From assembly GCF_009914755.1 (NCBI RefSeq), contig NC_060933.1: a stretch of DNA of 64,000 bases. One strand, given 5' to 3'. The position numbers and the translations under genes are program-made. The notes beneath the pieces were generated by a model. It worked only from the letters and a program-made list of their open reading frames with translations. It was not told the origin of the DNA and made no database searches. Position 1 is the first letter of the stretch. The number at the start of each line of letters is the position of its first letter. Below, in pieces: positions 29,401-44,900 of this stretch. This stretch comes from the human T2T-CHM13v2.0 reference genome, Homo sapiens.

Positions 29401-32400
29401 GGAACGGAACGGAATGGAATGGAATGGAATGGAATGGATCGGAACGGAACGGAACGGAATGGAATGGAATGGAATGGAATGGAATCAACCCGAGTACAGG
29501 GGAATGGAATGGAATGGAATGCAATGGAACGGAATCATCCGTAATGGAATGGAAAGGAATGGAATGGAATGGAATGGAATGGAATGGAATTAACTCGATT
29601 GCAATCGAATGGAATGGAATGGAATTAACCCGAATAGAATGGAATGGAATGGAACGGAATGGAACGGAACGGAATGGAAAGGAATGGAATGGAACGGAAT
29701 GGAACGGAATGCAATGCAATGGAATGGAATGGAATGGAATCAACGCGAGTGCAGGGGAATGGAATGGAATGGATTGCAATGGAATGGAATCTTCCGGAAT
29801 GGAATGGAATGGAATGGAATGCAATGGATTCAACTCGATTGCAATGGAATGGAATAGAATAGAATGGAATGGAATGGAATGGAATTAACCCGAATAGAAT
29901 GGAATGGAATGGAATGGAATGGAACGGAATGGAACGGAATGGAATGGAATGGAATGGAATGGAATGGAATGGTATGGAATGGAATGGAATCGAATGGTAC
30001 GGAATAGAATGGAATGGAACGAATTGGAATGGAATGGAATCGAATGGAATCGAATGGAATGGAATGGAATCAACCCGAATGCAGGGGAATGTAATCGAAC
30101 GGAATGCAATGGAATGGAATCATCCGGAATGGAATGGAATGGAATGGAATGGAATGGAATCAACCCGAGTGCAATGGAATGGAGTGGAATGGAATGGAAT
30201 GGAATGGAACAACCCGAATGGAATGGAATGTAATGGAGAGTAAGGGAGTTGAATAGAATCAATCCGAATGTAATGGAAAGGAATCGAACGGAATGGAATT
30301 GAATGGAATGGAATGGAATGGAATGCAATGGAATGGAATCAACCCGAGTACAATGGAATGGAATGGAATGGAATGGAATCAACCCGAGTGCAATGGAATA
30401 GAGAGGAATGGAATGGAAAGGAATGGAAACTAACCGAATCGAATGGAATGTAATGGAGTGTAAGGGAATTGAATAGAATCAATCCGAATGGAATGGAATG
30501 GAATGGAACGGAATGTAATGCAATGGAATGGAATGGAATCAACCCGAGTGCAGGGTAATGGAATGGAATGGAATGCAATGGAATGGAATCATCCGGAATG
30601 GAATGGATTGGAATGGAATGGAATTAACCCGAGTGCAAAGGAATGGAGTGAAATGGAATGGAATGGAAGGGAAACAACCAGAATGGATTGGAATATAATG
30701 GAGTGTAAGGGAATTGAATAGAATCAATCTGAATGTAATGAAATGGAATGGAACGGAATGGAATTGAGTGGAATGGAAAGGAATGCAATGGAATGGAATC
30801 AACCCGAGTGCAATCGAATGGAATCGAATGGAATGGAATGCAATGGAATGGATGCAACTTGAATGGAATGGAAAGAATGGGATCAACACGATTGGAATGG
30901 CATGGATTGGAATGGAATGGAATGGAATCAACCCGAGTACAGGGGAATGGAATGGAATGGAATGCAATGGAATGGAATCATCCGTAATGGAATGGAAAGG
31001 AATGGAATGGAATGGAATGGAATGGAATGGAATGGAATGGAATGGAATCAACTCGATTGCAATCGAATGGAATGGAATGGAATTAACCCGAATAGAATGG
31101 AATGGAATGGAATGGAATGGAACGGAACGTAATGGAATGGAATGGAATCAACGCGAGTGCAGGGGAATGGAATGGAATGGAATGCAATGGGATGGAAACT
31201 TCCGGAATGGAATGGAATGGAATGGAATGGAATGGAATCAACCCGAGTACAGGGGAATGGAATGGAATGGAATGCAATGGAATGGAAACATCCGTAATGG
31301 AATGGAAAGGAATGGAATGGAATGGAATGGAATGGAATGGAATGGAATGGAATGGAATCAACTCGATTGCAATCGAACGGAATGGAATGGAATGGAATGG
31401 AATGGAATCAACTCGATTGCAATGGAATGGAATGGAATGGAATGGAATGGAATAGAATTAACCCGAATAGAATTGAATGGAATGGAATGGAAAGGAATGG
31501 AAGGAAATGGAATGGAATGTAATCAACCCAAGTGCAGGGGAATGGAATGGAATTGAATGCAATGGAATGGAATCATCCGGAATGGAATGGAATGGAATGG
31601 AATGGAATGAACCCGATGCAATGGAATGGAATGGAATGGAATGGAATGGAATGGAATGGAATGGAAAAATCCCGAATGGAATGGAATGTAATGGAGTGTA
31701 AGGGAATTGAATAGAATCAGTCCGAATGTAATGGAATGGAATGGAATGAAATGAAATGGAATGGAATGGAATGGAATCAAACCGAGTGCAATGGAATGGA
31801 TTCGAATGGAATGAAATGGAATGGAAAGTATTAGAATGGAATCAACCCGAGTGGAATGGAATGGAAAGGACTGGAATGGATTGGAATGGAATGGAATGGA
31901 ATGGAATGGAATCAACTCCATTGTAATGGAATGGAATGGAATGGAATGGAATGGAATGGAATGCAATGGAATGGAATCAACCCGAGTGCAATCGAATGGA
32001 ATCGAATGGAATGGAATGCAATGGAATGGATTCAACTTGAATGGAATGGAAAGAATGGAATCAACACGAGTGGAATGGCATGGATTGGAATAGAATGGAA
32101 TGGAATCAACCCGAGTACAGGGGAATGGAATGGAATGGAATGCAATGGAATGGAATCATCCGTAATGGAATGGAAAGGAATGGAATGGAATGGAATGGAA
32201 TGGAATGGAATGGAATGGAATGGAATGGTATGGAATGGAATGGAATGGAATGGAATCAACGCGAGTGCAGGGGAATGTAATGGAACGGAATGCAATGGAA
32301 TGGAATCATCCGGAATGGAATGGAATGGAATGGAATGGAATGGAATCAACCCGAGTGCAATGGAATGCAGTGGAATGGAATGGAATGGAATGGAACAACC

Positions 32401-35400
32401 CGAATGGAATGGAATGTAATGGAGAGTAACGGAGTTGAATAGAATCAATCCGAATGTAACGGAATGGAATGGAACGGAATGGGATGGAACGGAATGCAAT
32501 GGAATGGAATCAACCAGAGTACAATGGAATGGAATGGAATGGAATGGAATGTAATGGAATGGAATGGAATGGAGTGGAATTGCATGGAATGGAATGGCTT
32601 CAAACCGAATGGAATGGAAAAGAATGGAATCAACACGAGTGAAATGGAATGGAATGGAATGGAATGGAATGCTGTGGAATGGAATGGAATGGTACGGAAT
32701 AGAATGGAATGGAACGAATTGGAATGGAATGGAATCGAATGGAATGGAATGGAATGGAATGGAATCAACGCGATTGCAGGGGAATGTAATAGAACGGAAT
32801 GCAATGGAATGGAATCATCCGGAATGGAATGGAATGGAATGGAATGGAATGGAATGCAATGGAATGGAATCAACCCGAGTGCAATGGAATGGAGTGGAAT
32901 GGAATGGAATGGAATGGAAGAACCCGAATGGAATGGAATGTAATGGAGAGTAAGGGAGTTAAAAAGAATCAATCCGAATGTAATGGAATGGAATGGAACG
33001 GAATGGAATGGAACGGAATGGAATGGAATGGAATGGAATGGAATCAACCCGAGTACAGGGGAATGGAATGGAATGGAATGCAATGGAATGGAATCATCCG
33101 TAATGGAATGGAAAGGAATGGAATGGAATGGAATGGAATGGAATGGAATGGAATGGAATGGAATCAACTCGATTGCAATCGAATGGAATGGAATGGAATT
33201 AACCCGAATAGAATGGAATGGAATGGAATGGAATGGAACGGAACGGAATGGAATGGAATGTAATGGAATGGAATGGAATCAACGCGAGTGCAGGGGAATG
33301 GAATGGAATGGAATGCAATGGGATGGAAACTTCCGGAATGGAATGGAATGGAATGGAATGGAATGGAATCAACCCGAGTACAGGGGAATGGAATGGAATG
33401 GAATGCAATGGAATGGAAACATCCGTAATGGAATGGAAAGGAATGGAATGGAATGGAATGGAATGGAATGGAATGGAATGGAATGGAATCAACTCGATTG
33501 CAATCGAATGGAATGGAATGGAATTAACCCGAATAGAATGGAATGGAATGGAATGGAACGGAGCGGAACGGAACGGAATGGCATGGAATGGAATGGAAAG
33601 GAATTGAATGGAATGGAATGAACGCGAGTGCAGGGGAATGGAATGGAATGGAATGCAATGGAATGGAATCTTCTGGAATGGAATGGAATGGAATGCAATG
33701 GAATGGAATGGAATAAACCCGAGTGCAATGGAATGGAGTGGAATGGAATGGAATGGAATGGAACAACCCGAATGGAATGGAATGTAATGGAGAGTAAGGG
33801 AGTTGAAAAGAATCAATCCGAATGTAATGGAATGGAATGGAACGGAATGGAATGGAATGGAATGGAATGGAATGGAATGGAATGGAATGCAATGGAATGG
33901 AATCAACCCGAGTACAACGGAATGGAATGGAATGGAATGGAATGGAATGGAATGGAATGGAATGGAATGGAATGCAATGGAATGGAATCTTCCGGAATGG
34001 AATGGAATGGAATGGAATGGAATGGAATGGAATGGAATAAACCCGAGTGCAATGGAATGGAGTGGAATGGAATGGAATGGAATGGAACAACCCGAATGGA
34101 ATGGAATGTAATGGAGAGTAGGGGAGTTGAATAGAATCAATCCGAATGTAATGGAATGGAATGGAACGGAATGGAATTGAATGGAATGGAATGGAATGCA
34201 ATGGAATGGAATCAACCCGAGTGCAATGGAATGGAGAGGAATGGAATGGAATGGAATGGAAACTACCCGAATGGAATGGAATGTAATGGAGTGTAAGGGA
34301 ATTGAATAGAATCAATCCGACTGTAATGGAATGGAATGGAACGGAATGGAATGGAATGGAATGCAGTGGAATGGAATGGAATGCAATGGAATGGAATCAA
34401 CCCGAGTGCAATCGAATGGAATCGAATGGAATGGAATGCAATGGAATGGATTCATCTTGAATGGAATGGAAAGAATGGAATCAACACGAGTGGAATGGCA
34501 TGGATTGGAATGCAATGGAGTGGAATCAACCCGAGTACAGGGGAATCGAATGGAATGGAATGCAATGGAATGGAACCATCCGTAGTGGAATGGAAAGGAA
34601 TGGAATGGAATGGAATGGAATGGAATGGAATGGAATCAACACGATTGCAATAGAATGGAATGGAATGGAATTAACCCGAAAAGAATGGAATGGAATGGAA
34701 TGGAACGGAACGGAATGGAATGGAATGGAACGGAATGGAATGGAATTGAATGGAATGGAATGGAATGGAATCAACGCGAGTGCAGGGGAATGGAATGTAG
34801 TGGAATGCAATGGAATGGAATCTTCCGGAATGGAATGGAGTGGAATGGAATGGAATCAACCCGAGTGCAATGGAATGGAGTGGAATGGAATGGAATGGAA
34901 TGGAACAACCAGAATGGAATCGAATGTAATGGAGAGTAAGGGAGTTGAATAGAATCAATCCGAATGTAATGGAATGGAATGGAAAGGAATGGAATTGAAT
35001 GGAATGGAATGGAATGCAATGGAATGGAATCAACCCGAGTGCAATGGAATGGAGAGGAATGGAATGGAATGGAGTGGAAACTACCCGAATGGAATGGAAT
35101 GTAATGGAGTGTAAGGGAATTGAATAGAATCAATCCGAATATAATGGAAAGGAATGGAACGGAATGGAATGGAATGGAATGGAATGGAATGGAATGGAAT
35201 GCAATGGAAAGAAATCAACCCGAGTGCAATCGAATGGAATCGAATGGAATGGAATGCAATGGAATGAAATCAACTCGATTGCAATCGAATGGAATGGAAT
35301 GGAATTAACCCGAATAGAATGGAATGGAATGGAATGGAAAGGAACGGAACAGAACGGAATGGAATGGAATGTAATGGAATGGAATGGAATGGAATGGAAT

Positions 35401-38400
35401 CAACCCGACTGAAGGGGAATGGAATGGAATGGAATGCAATGGAATGAATTCAACTTGAATGGAATGGAAAGAATGGAATCAACACGAGTGGAATGGCATG
35501 GATTGCAATGGAATGGAATGGAATCAACCCGAGTACAGGGGAATGGAATGGAATGGAATGCAATGGAATGGAATCATCCGTAATGGAATGGAAAGGAATG
35601 GAATGGAATGGAATGGAATGGAATGGAATGGAATGGAATGGAATCAACTCGATTTCAATGGAATGGAATGGAATGGAATTAACCCGAATAGAATGGAATG
35701 GAACGGAATGGAACGCAATGGAATGGAATCATCCGGAACGGAACGGAATGGAATGGAATGGAATCAACTCGATTGCAATGGAATGGAATGGAATGGAATG
35801 GAATGGAATGGAGTGGATTCAACCCGAGTGAAGGGGAATGGAATGGAATTGAATGCAATGGAATGGAATCATCCGGAATGGAATGGAATGGAATGGAATG
35901 GAATGAACCCGATGCAATGGAATGGAATGGAATGGAATGGAATGGAATGGAATGGAATGGAATGGAAAAATCCCGAATGGAATGGAATGTAATGGAGTGT
36001 AAGGGAATTGAATAGAATCAGTCCGAATGTAATGGAATGGAATGGAATGAAATGGAATGGAATGGAATAGAATGGAATCAACCCGAGTGGAATGGAATGC
36101 AAAGGACTGGAATGCACTGGAATGGAATGGAATGGAATGGAATCAAATCGATTGCAATGGAATGGAATGGAATGGAATCAACTCGATTACAATGGAATGG
36201 AATGGAATGGAATGGAATGGAATTAACCCGAATAGAATGGAATGGAATGGAATGGAACGGAATGTAATGGAATGAAATGGAATGGAATCAACCCGAGTGC
36301 AGGGGAATGGAATGGAATGGAATGCAATGGAATGGAATCATCCGGAATGGAATTGAATGGAATGGAATGGAATGGAATGGAATGGAATGGAATGGAATGG
36401 AATCAACTCGATTGCAATGGAATGGAATGGAATGGAAGGGAATGGAAGGGAATGGAGTGGAATGTAATCAACCCGAGTGCAGGGGAATGGAATGGAATGG
36501 AATGCAATGGAATGGAATCATCCGGAATGGAATGGAATGGAATGGAATGCAATCAACCCAATGCAATGGAATGGAGTGGAATGGAATGGAAAGGAATGGA
36601 AACATCCCGAATGGAACGGAATGGAATGGAGTGTAAGGGAATTGAATAGAATCAATCCGAATTTAATGGAATGCAATGGAATGAAATGGAATGGAATGGA
36701 ATGGAATGGAATCAACCCGAGTGCAATGGAATGGATACGAATGGAATGGAATGGAATGGATTCAACAAGAATGGAAGGGAAAGGAATGGAATCAACCCGA
36801 GTGTAATGGCATGGAATGGAATGGAATGGAATGGAATGGGATGGAATGGAATGGTACGGAATAGAATGGAATGGAATGAAATGGAATGGAATGGAATGGA
36901 ATGGAATGGAATGGAATGGAATGAACCCGTGTGCAATGTAATGGAATGGAATGGAATGGAATGGATTCAACTCGAATGGAATCAACTCGATTGCAATGGA
37001 ATGGAATGGAATGGAAAGGAATAGAATGGAATCAACCCGAGTGGAATGGAATGGAAAGGACTGGAATGGAGTGGAATGGAATGGAATGGAATTAACCCGA
37101 ATAGAATGGAATGGAATGGAATGGAACGGAACGGAACGGAACGGAACGGAACGGAACGGAACGGAACGGAATGGAATGGAATGGAATGGAATGGAATGGA
37201 ATGGAATGGAATTAACACGAATAGAATGGAATGGAATTGAATTGAATGGAATGGAATGGAACAGAAAGGAATGGAATGGAATGGAATGGAATCAACCCAA
37301 GTGCAGGGGAATGGAATGGAATCATCCGGAATGGAATGGAATGGAATGGAATGGAATGGAATGGAATGGAATGGAATCAACCCGAGTGCAATGGAATGGA
37401 GAGGAATGGAATGGAATGGAATGGAAACTACCCGAATGCAATGTAATGTAATGGAGTGTAAGGGAATTGAATAGAATGCATCCGAATGGAATGGAATGGA
37501 ATGGAAAGGAATGGAATGGAATGGAATGGAATGGAATGGAATGCAATGCCATGGAATCAACACGAGTGCAATCGAATGGAATCGAATGGAATGGAATGCA
37601 ATGGAATAGATTCATCTTGAATGGAATGGAAATAATGGAATCAACACGAGTGGAATGGCATGGATTGGAATGGAATGGAATGGAATCAACCCGAGTACAG
37701 GGGAATGGAATGGAATGGAATGAAACGGAATGGAATCATCCGTAATGTAATGGAAAGGAATGGAATGGAATGGAATGGAATGGAATGGAATCAACTCGAT
37801 TGCAATCGAATGGAGTGGAATGGAATAAACACGAATAGAATGGAATGGAATGGAATGGAATGGAACGGAACGGAATGGAATGGAATGGAATGGAATGGAA
37901 TGGATCGGAACAGAACGGAACGGAATGGAATGGAATGGAATGGAATGGAATCAACCCGAGTACAGGGGAATGGAATGGAATGGAATGCAATGGAACGGAA
38001 TCATCCGTAATGGAATGGAAAGGAATGGAATGGAATGGAATGGAATGGAATGGAATTAACTCGATTGCAATCGAATGGAATGGAATGGAATTAACCCGAA
38101 TAGAATGGAATGGAATGGAACGGAATGGAACGGAACGGAATGGAAAGGAATGGAATGGAACGGAATGGAACGGAATGCAATGCAATGGAATGGAATGGAA
38201 TGGAATCAACGCGAGTGCAGGGGAATGGAATGGAATGGATTGCAATGGAATGGAATCTTCCGGAATGGAATGGAATGGAATGGAATGCAATGGATTCAAC
38301 TCGATTGCAATGGAATGGAATAGAATAGAATGGAATGGAATGGAATGGAATTAACCCGAATAGAATGGAATGGAATGGAATGGAATGGAACGGAATGGAA

Positions 38401-41400
38401 CGGAATGGAATGGAATGGAATGGAATGGAATGGAATGGTATGGAATGGAATGGAATCGAATGGTACGGAATAGAATGGAATGGAACGAATTGGAATGGAA
38501 TGGAATCGAATGGAATCGAATGGAATGGAATGGAATCAACCCGAATGCAGGGGAATGTAATCGAACGGAATGCAATGGAATGGAATCATCCGGAATGGAA
38601 TGGAATGGAATGGAATGGAATGGAATCAACCCGAGTGCAATGGAATGGAGTGGAATGGAATGGAATGGAATGGAACAACCCGAATGGAATGGAATGTAAT
38701 GGAGAGTAAGGGAGTTGAATAGAATCAATCCGAATGTAATGGAATGGAATCGAACGGAATGGAATTGAATGGAATGGAATGGAATGGAATGCAATGGAAT
38801 GGAATCAACCCGAGTACAATGGAATGGAATGGAATGGAATGGAATCAACCCGAGTGCAATGGAATAGAGAGGAATGGAATGGAAAGGAATGGAAACTAAC
38901 CGAATCGAATGGAATGTAATGGAGTGTAAGGGAATTGAATAGAATCAATCCGAATGGAATGGAATGGAATGGAACGGAATGTAATGCAATGGAATGGAAT
39001 GGAATCAACCCGAGTGCAGGGTAATGGAATGGAATGGAATGCAATGGAATGGAATCATCCGGAATGGAATGGATTGGAATGGAATGGAATTAACCCGAGT
39101 GCAAAGGAATGGAGTGAAATGGAATGGAATGGAAGGGAAACAACCAGAATGGATTGGAATATAATGGAGTGTAAGGGAATTGAATAGAATCAATCTGAAT
39201 GTAATGAAATGGAATGGAACGGAATGGAATTGAGTGGAATGGAAAGGAATGCAATGGAATGGAATCAACCCGAGTGCAATCGAATGGAATCGAATGGAAT
39301 GGAATGCAATGGAATGGATGCAACTTGAATGGAATGGAAAGAATGGGATCAACACGATTGGAATGGCATGGATTGGAATGGAAAGGAATGGAATCAACCC
39401 GAGTACAGGGGAATGGAATGGAATGGAATGCAATGGAATGGAATCATCCGTAATGGAATGGAAAGGAATGGAATGGAATGGAATGGAATGGAATGGAATG
39501 GAATGGAATGGAATCAACTCGATTGCAATCGAATGGAATGGAATGGAATTAACCCGAATAGAATGGAATGGAATGGAATGGAATGGAACGGAACGTAATG
39601 GAATGGAATGGAATCAACGCGAGTGCAGGGGAATGGAATGGAATGGAATGCAATGGGATGGAAACTTCCGGAATGGAATGGAATGGAATGGAATGGAATG
39701 GAATCAACCCGAGTACAGGGGAATGGAATGGAATGGAATGCAATGGAATGGAAACATCCGTAATGGAATGGAAAGGAATGGAATGGAATGGAATGGAATG
39801 GAATGGAATGGAATGGAATGGAATCAACTCGATTGCAATCGAACGGAATGGAATGGAATGGAATGGAATGGAATCAACTCGATTGCAATGGAATGGAATG
39901 GAATGGAATGGAATGGAATAGAATTAACCCGAATAGAATTGAATGGAATGGAATGGAAAGGAATGGAAGGAAATGGAATGGAATGTAATCAACCCAAGTG
40001 CAGGGGAATGGAATGGAATTGAATGCAATGGAATGGAATCATCCGGAATGGAATGGAATGGAATGGAATGGAATGAACCCGATGCAATGGAATGGAATGG
40101 AATGGAATGGAATGGAATGGAATGGAATGGAAAAATCCCGAATGGAATGGAATGTAATGGAGTGTAAGGGAATTGAATAGAATCAGTCCGAATGTAATGG
40201 AATGGAATGGAATGAAATGAAATGGAATGGAATGGAATGGAATCAAACCGAGTGCAATGGAATGGATTCGAATGGAATGAAATGGAATGGAAAGTATTAG
40301 AATGGAATCAACCCGAGTGGAATGGAATGGAAAGGACTGGAATGGATTGGAATGGAATGGAATGGAATGGAATGGAATCAACTCCATTGTAATGGAATGG
40401 AATGGAATGGAATGGAATGGAATGGAATGCAATGGAATGGAATCAACCCGAGTGCAATCGAATGGAATCGAATGGAATGGAATGCAATGGAATGGATTCA
40501 ACTTGAATGGAATGGAAAGAATGGAATCAACACGAGTGGAATGGCATGGATTGGAATAGAATGGAATGGAATCAACCCGAGTACAGGGGAATGGAATGGA
40601 ATGGAATGCAATGGAATGGAATCATCCGTAATGGAATGGAAAGGAATGGAATGGAATGGAATGGAATGGAATGGAATGGAATGGAATGGAATGGTATGGA
40701 ATGGAATGGAATGGAATGGAATCAACGCGAGTGCAGGGGAATGTAATGGAACGGAATGCAATGGAATGGAATCATCCGGAATGGAATGGAATGGAATAGA
40801 ATGGAATGGAATCAACCCGAGTGCAATGGAATGCAGTGGAATGGAATGGAATGGAATGGAACAACCCGAATGGAATGGAATGTAATGGAGAGTAACGGAG
40901 TTGAATAGAATCAATCCGAATGTAACGGAATGGAATGGAACGGAATGGGATGGAACGGAATGCAATGGAATGGAATCAACCAGAGTACAATGGAATGGAA
41001 TGGAATGGAATGGAATGTAATGGAATGGAATGGAATGGAGTGGAATTGCATGGAATGGAATGGCTTCAAACCGAATGGAATGGAAAAGAATGGAATCAAC
41101 ACGAGTGAAATGGAATGGAATGGAATGGAATGGAATGCTGTGGAATGGAATGGAATGGTACGGAATAGAATGGAATGGAACGAATTGGAATGGAATGGAA
41201 TGGAATGGAATGGAATGGAATGGAATGGAATGGAATCAACGCGATTGCAGGGGAATGTAATAGAACGGAATGCAATGGAATGGAATCATCCGGAATGGAA
41301 TGGAATGGAATGGAATGGAATGGAATGCAATGGAATGGAATCAACCCGAGTGCAATGGAATGGAGTGGAATGGAATGGAATGGAATGGAAGAACCCGAAT

Positions 41401-41970
41401 GGAATGGAATGTAATGGAGAGTAAGGGAGTTAAAAAGAATCAATCCGAATGTAATGGAATGGAATGGAACGGAATGGAATGGAACGGAATGGAATGGAAT
41501 GGAATGGAATGGAATCAACCCGAGTACAGGGGAATGGAATGGAATGGAATGCAATGGAATGGAATCATCCGTAATGGAATGGAAAGGAATGGAATGGAAT
41601 GGAATGGAATGGAATGGAATGGAATGGAATGGAATCAACTCGATTGCAATCGAATGGAATGGAATGGAATTAACCCGAATAGAATGGAATGGAATGGAAT
41701 GGAATGGAACGGAACGGAATGGAATGGAATGTAATGGAATGGAATGGAATCAACGCGAGTGCAGGGGAATGGAATGGAATGGAATGCAATGGGATGGAAA
41801 CTTCCGGAATGGAATGGAATGGAATGGAATGGAATGGAATCAACCCGAGTACAGGGGAATGGAATGGAATGGAATGCAATGGAATGGAAACATCCGTAAT
41901 GGAATGGAAAGGAATGGAATGGAATGGAATGGAATGGAATGGAATGGAATGGAATCAACTCGATTGCAAT
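25040..41970. repeat. Two near-identical tandem copies of a ~8.46-kb unit
   Basis: ORF offsets are 8456, 8461, 8466 and 8471 (25172/33628, 26659/35120, 29609/38075, 32983/41454). The offset changes only in 5-bp steps. Confidence 0.93.
28662..28706 (+). repeat. (GGAAC)9 variant-pentamer run (copy at 37123-37167)
   Basis: Nine consecutive GGAAC units, reproduced at +8461 in the 8.46-kb copy. Confidence 0.85.
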
Positions 41971-44900
41971 CGAACGGAATGGAATGGAATGGAATGGAAT
42001 GGAATCAACTCGATTGCAATGGAATGGAATGGAATGGAATGGAATGGAATGGAATGGAATGGAATTAACCCGAATAGAATTGAATGGAATGGAATGGAAA
42101 GGAATGGAAGGAAATGGAATGGAATGTAATCAACCCAAGTGCAGGGGAATGGAATGGAATTGAATGCAATGGAATGGAATCATCCGGAATGGAATGGAAT
42201 GGAATGGAATGGAATGAACCCGATGCAATGGAATGGAATGGAATGGAATGGAATGGAATGGAATGGAATGGAAAAATCCCGAATGGAATGGAATGTAATG
42301 GAGTGTAAGGGAATTGAATAGAATCAGTCCGAATGTAATGGAATGGAATGGAATGAAATGAAATGGAATGGAATGGAATGGAATCAAACCGAGTGCAATG
42401 GAATGGATTCGAATGGAATGAAATGGAATGGAAAGTATTAGAATGGAATCAACCCGAGTGGAATGGAATGGAAAGGACTGGAATGCATTGGAATGGAATG
42501 GAATGGAATGGAATGGAATTAACTCCATTGTAATGGAATGGAATGGAATGGAATGGAATGGAATGGAATGCAATGGAATGGAATCAACCCGAGTGCAATC
42601 GAATGGAATCGAATGGAATGGAATGCAATGGAATGGATTCAACTTGAATGGAATGGAAAGAATGGAATCAACACGAGTGGAATGGCATGGATTGGAATAG
42701 AATGGAATGGAATCAACCCGAGTACAGGGGAATGGAATGGAATGGAATGCAATGGAATGGAATCATCCGTAATGGAATGGAAAGGAATGGAATGGAATGG
42801 AATGGAATGGAATGGAATGGAATGGAATGGAATGGTATGGAATGGAATGGAATGGAATGGAATCAACGCGAGTGCAGGGGAATGTAATGGAACGGAATGC
42901 AATGGAATGGAATCATCCGGAATGGAATGGAATGGAATGGAATGGAATGGAATCAACCCGAGTGCAATGGAATGCAGTCGAATGGAATGGAATGGAATGG
43001 AACAACCCGAATGGAATGGAATGTAATGGAGAGTAACGGAGTTGAATAGAATCAATCCGAATGTAACGGAATGGAATGGAACGGAATGGGATGGAACGGA
43101 ATGCAATGGAATGGAATCAACCAGAGTACAATGGAATGGAATGGAATGGAATGGAATGTAATGGAATGGAATGGAATGGAGTGGAATTGCATGGAATGGA
43201 ATGGCTTCAAACCGAATGGAATGGAAAAGAATGGAATCAACACGAGTGAAATGGAATGGAATGGAATGGAATGGAATGCTGTGGAATGGAATGGAATGGT
43301 ACGGAATAGAATGGAATGGAACGAATTGGAATGGAATGGAATCGAATGGAATGGAATGGAATGGAATGGAATCAACGCGATTGCAGGGGAATGTAATAGA
43401 ACGGAATGCAATGGAATGGAATCATCCGGAATGGAATGGAATGGAATGGAATGGAATGGAATGCAATGGAATGGAATCAACCCGAGTGCAATGGAATGGA
43501 GTGGAATGGAATGGAATGGAATGGAAGAACCCGAATGGAATGGAATGTAATGGAGAGTAAGGGAGTTAAAAAGAATCAATCCGAATGTAATGGAATGGAA
43601 TGGAACGGAATGGAATGGAACGGAATGGAATGGAATGGAATGGAATGGAATCAACCCGAGTACAGGGGAATGGAATGGAATGGAATGCAATGGAATGGAA
43701 TCATCCGTAATGGAATGGAAAGGAATGGAATGGAATGGAATGGAATGGAATGGAATGGAATGGAATCAACTCGATTGCAATCGAATGGAATGGAATGGAA
43801 TTAACCCGAATAGAATGGAATGGAATGGAATGGAATGGAACGGAACGGAATGGAATGGAATGTAATGGAATGGAATGGAATCAACGCGAGTGCAGGGGAA
43901 TGGAATGGAATGGAATGCAATGGGATGGAAACTTCCGGAATGGAATGGAATGGAATGGAATGGAATGGAATCAACCCGAGTACAGGGGAATGGAATGGAA
44001 TGGAATGCAATGGAATGGAAACATCCGTAATGGAATGGAAAGGAATGGAATGGAATGGAATGGAATGGAATGGAATGGAATGGAATGGAATGGAATCAAC
44101 TCGATTGCAATCGAACGGAATGGAATGGAATGGAATGGAATGGAATCAACTCGATTGCAATGGAATGGAATGGAATGGAATGGAATGGAATGGAATGGAA
44201 TGGAATTAACCCGAATAGAATTGAATGGAATGGAATGGAAAGGAATGGAAGGAAATGGAATGGAATGTAATCAACCCAAGTGCAGGGGAATGGAATGGAA
44301 TTGAATGCAATGGAATGGAATCATCCGGAATGGAATGGAATGGAATGGAATGGAATGAACCCGATGCAATGGAATGGAATGGAATGGAATGGAATGGAAT
44401 GGAATGGAATGGAAAAATCCCGAATGGAATGGAATGTAATGGAGTGTAAGGGAATTGAATAGAATCAGTCCGAATGTAATGGAATGGAATGGAATGAAAT
44501 GAAATGGAATGGAATGGAATGGAATCAAACCGAGTGCAATGGAATGGATTCGAATGGAATGAAATGGAATGGAAAGTATTAGAATGGAATCACCCCGAGT
44601 GGAATGGAATGGAAAGGACTGGAATGGATTGGAATGGAATGGAATGGAATGGAATGGAATGGAATCAACTCCATTGTAATGGAATGGAATGGAATGGAAT
44701 GGAATGGAATGGAATGCAATGGAATGGAATCAACCCGAGTGCAATCGAATGGAATCGAATGGAATGGAATGCAATGGAATGGATTCAACTTGAATGGAAT
44801 GGAAAGAATGGAATCAACACGAGTGGAATGGCATGGATTGGAATAGAATGGAATGGAATCAACCCGAGTACAGGGGAATGGAATGGAATGGAATGCAATG

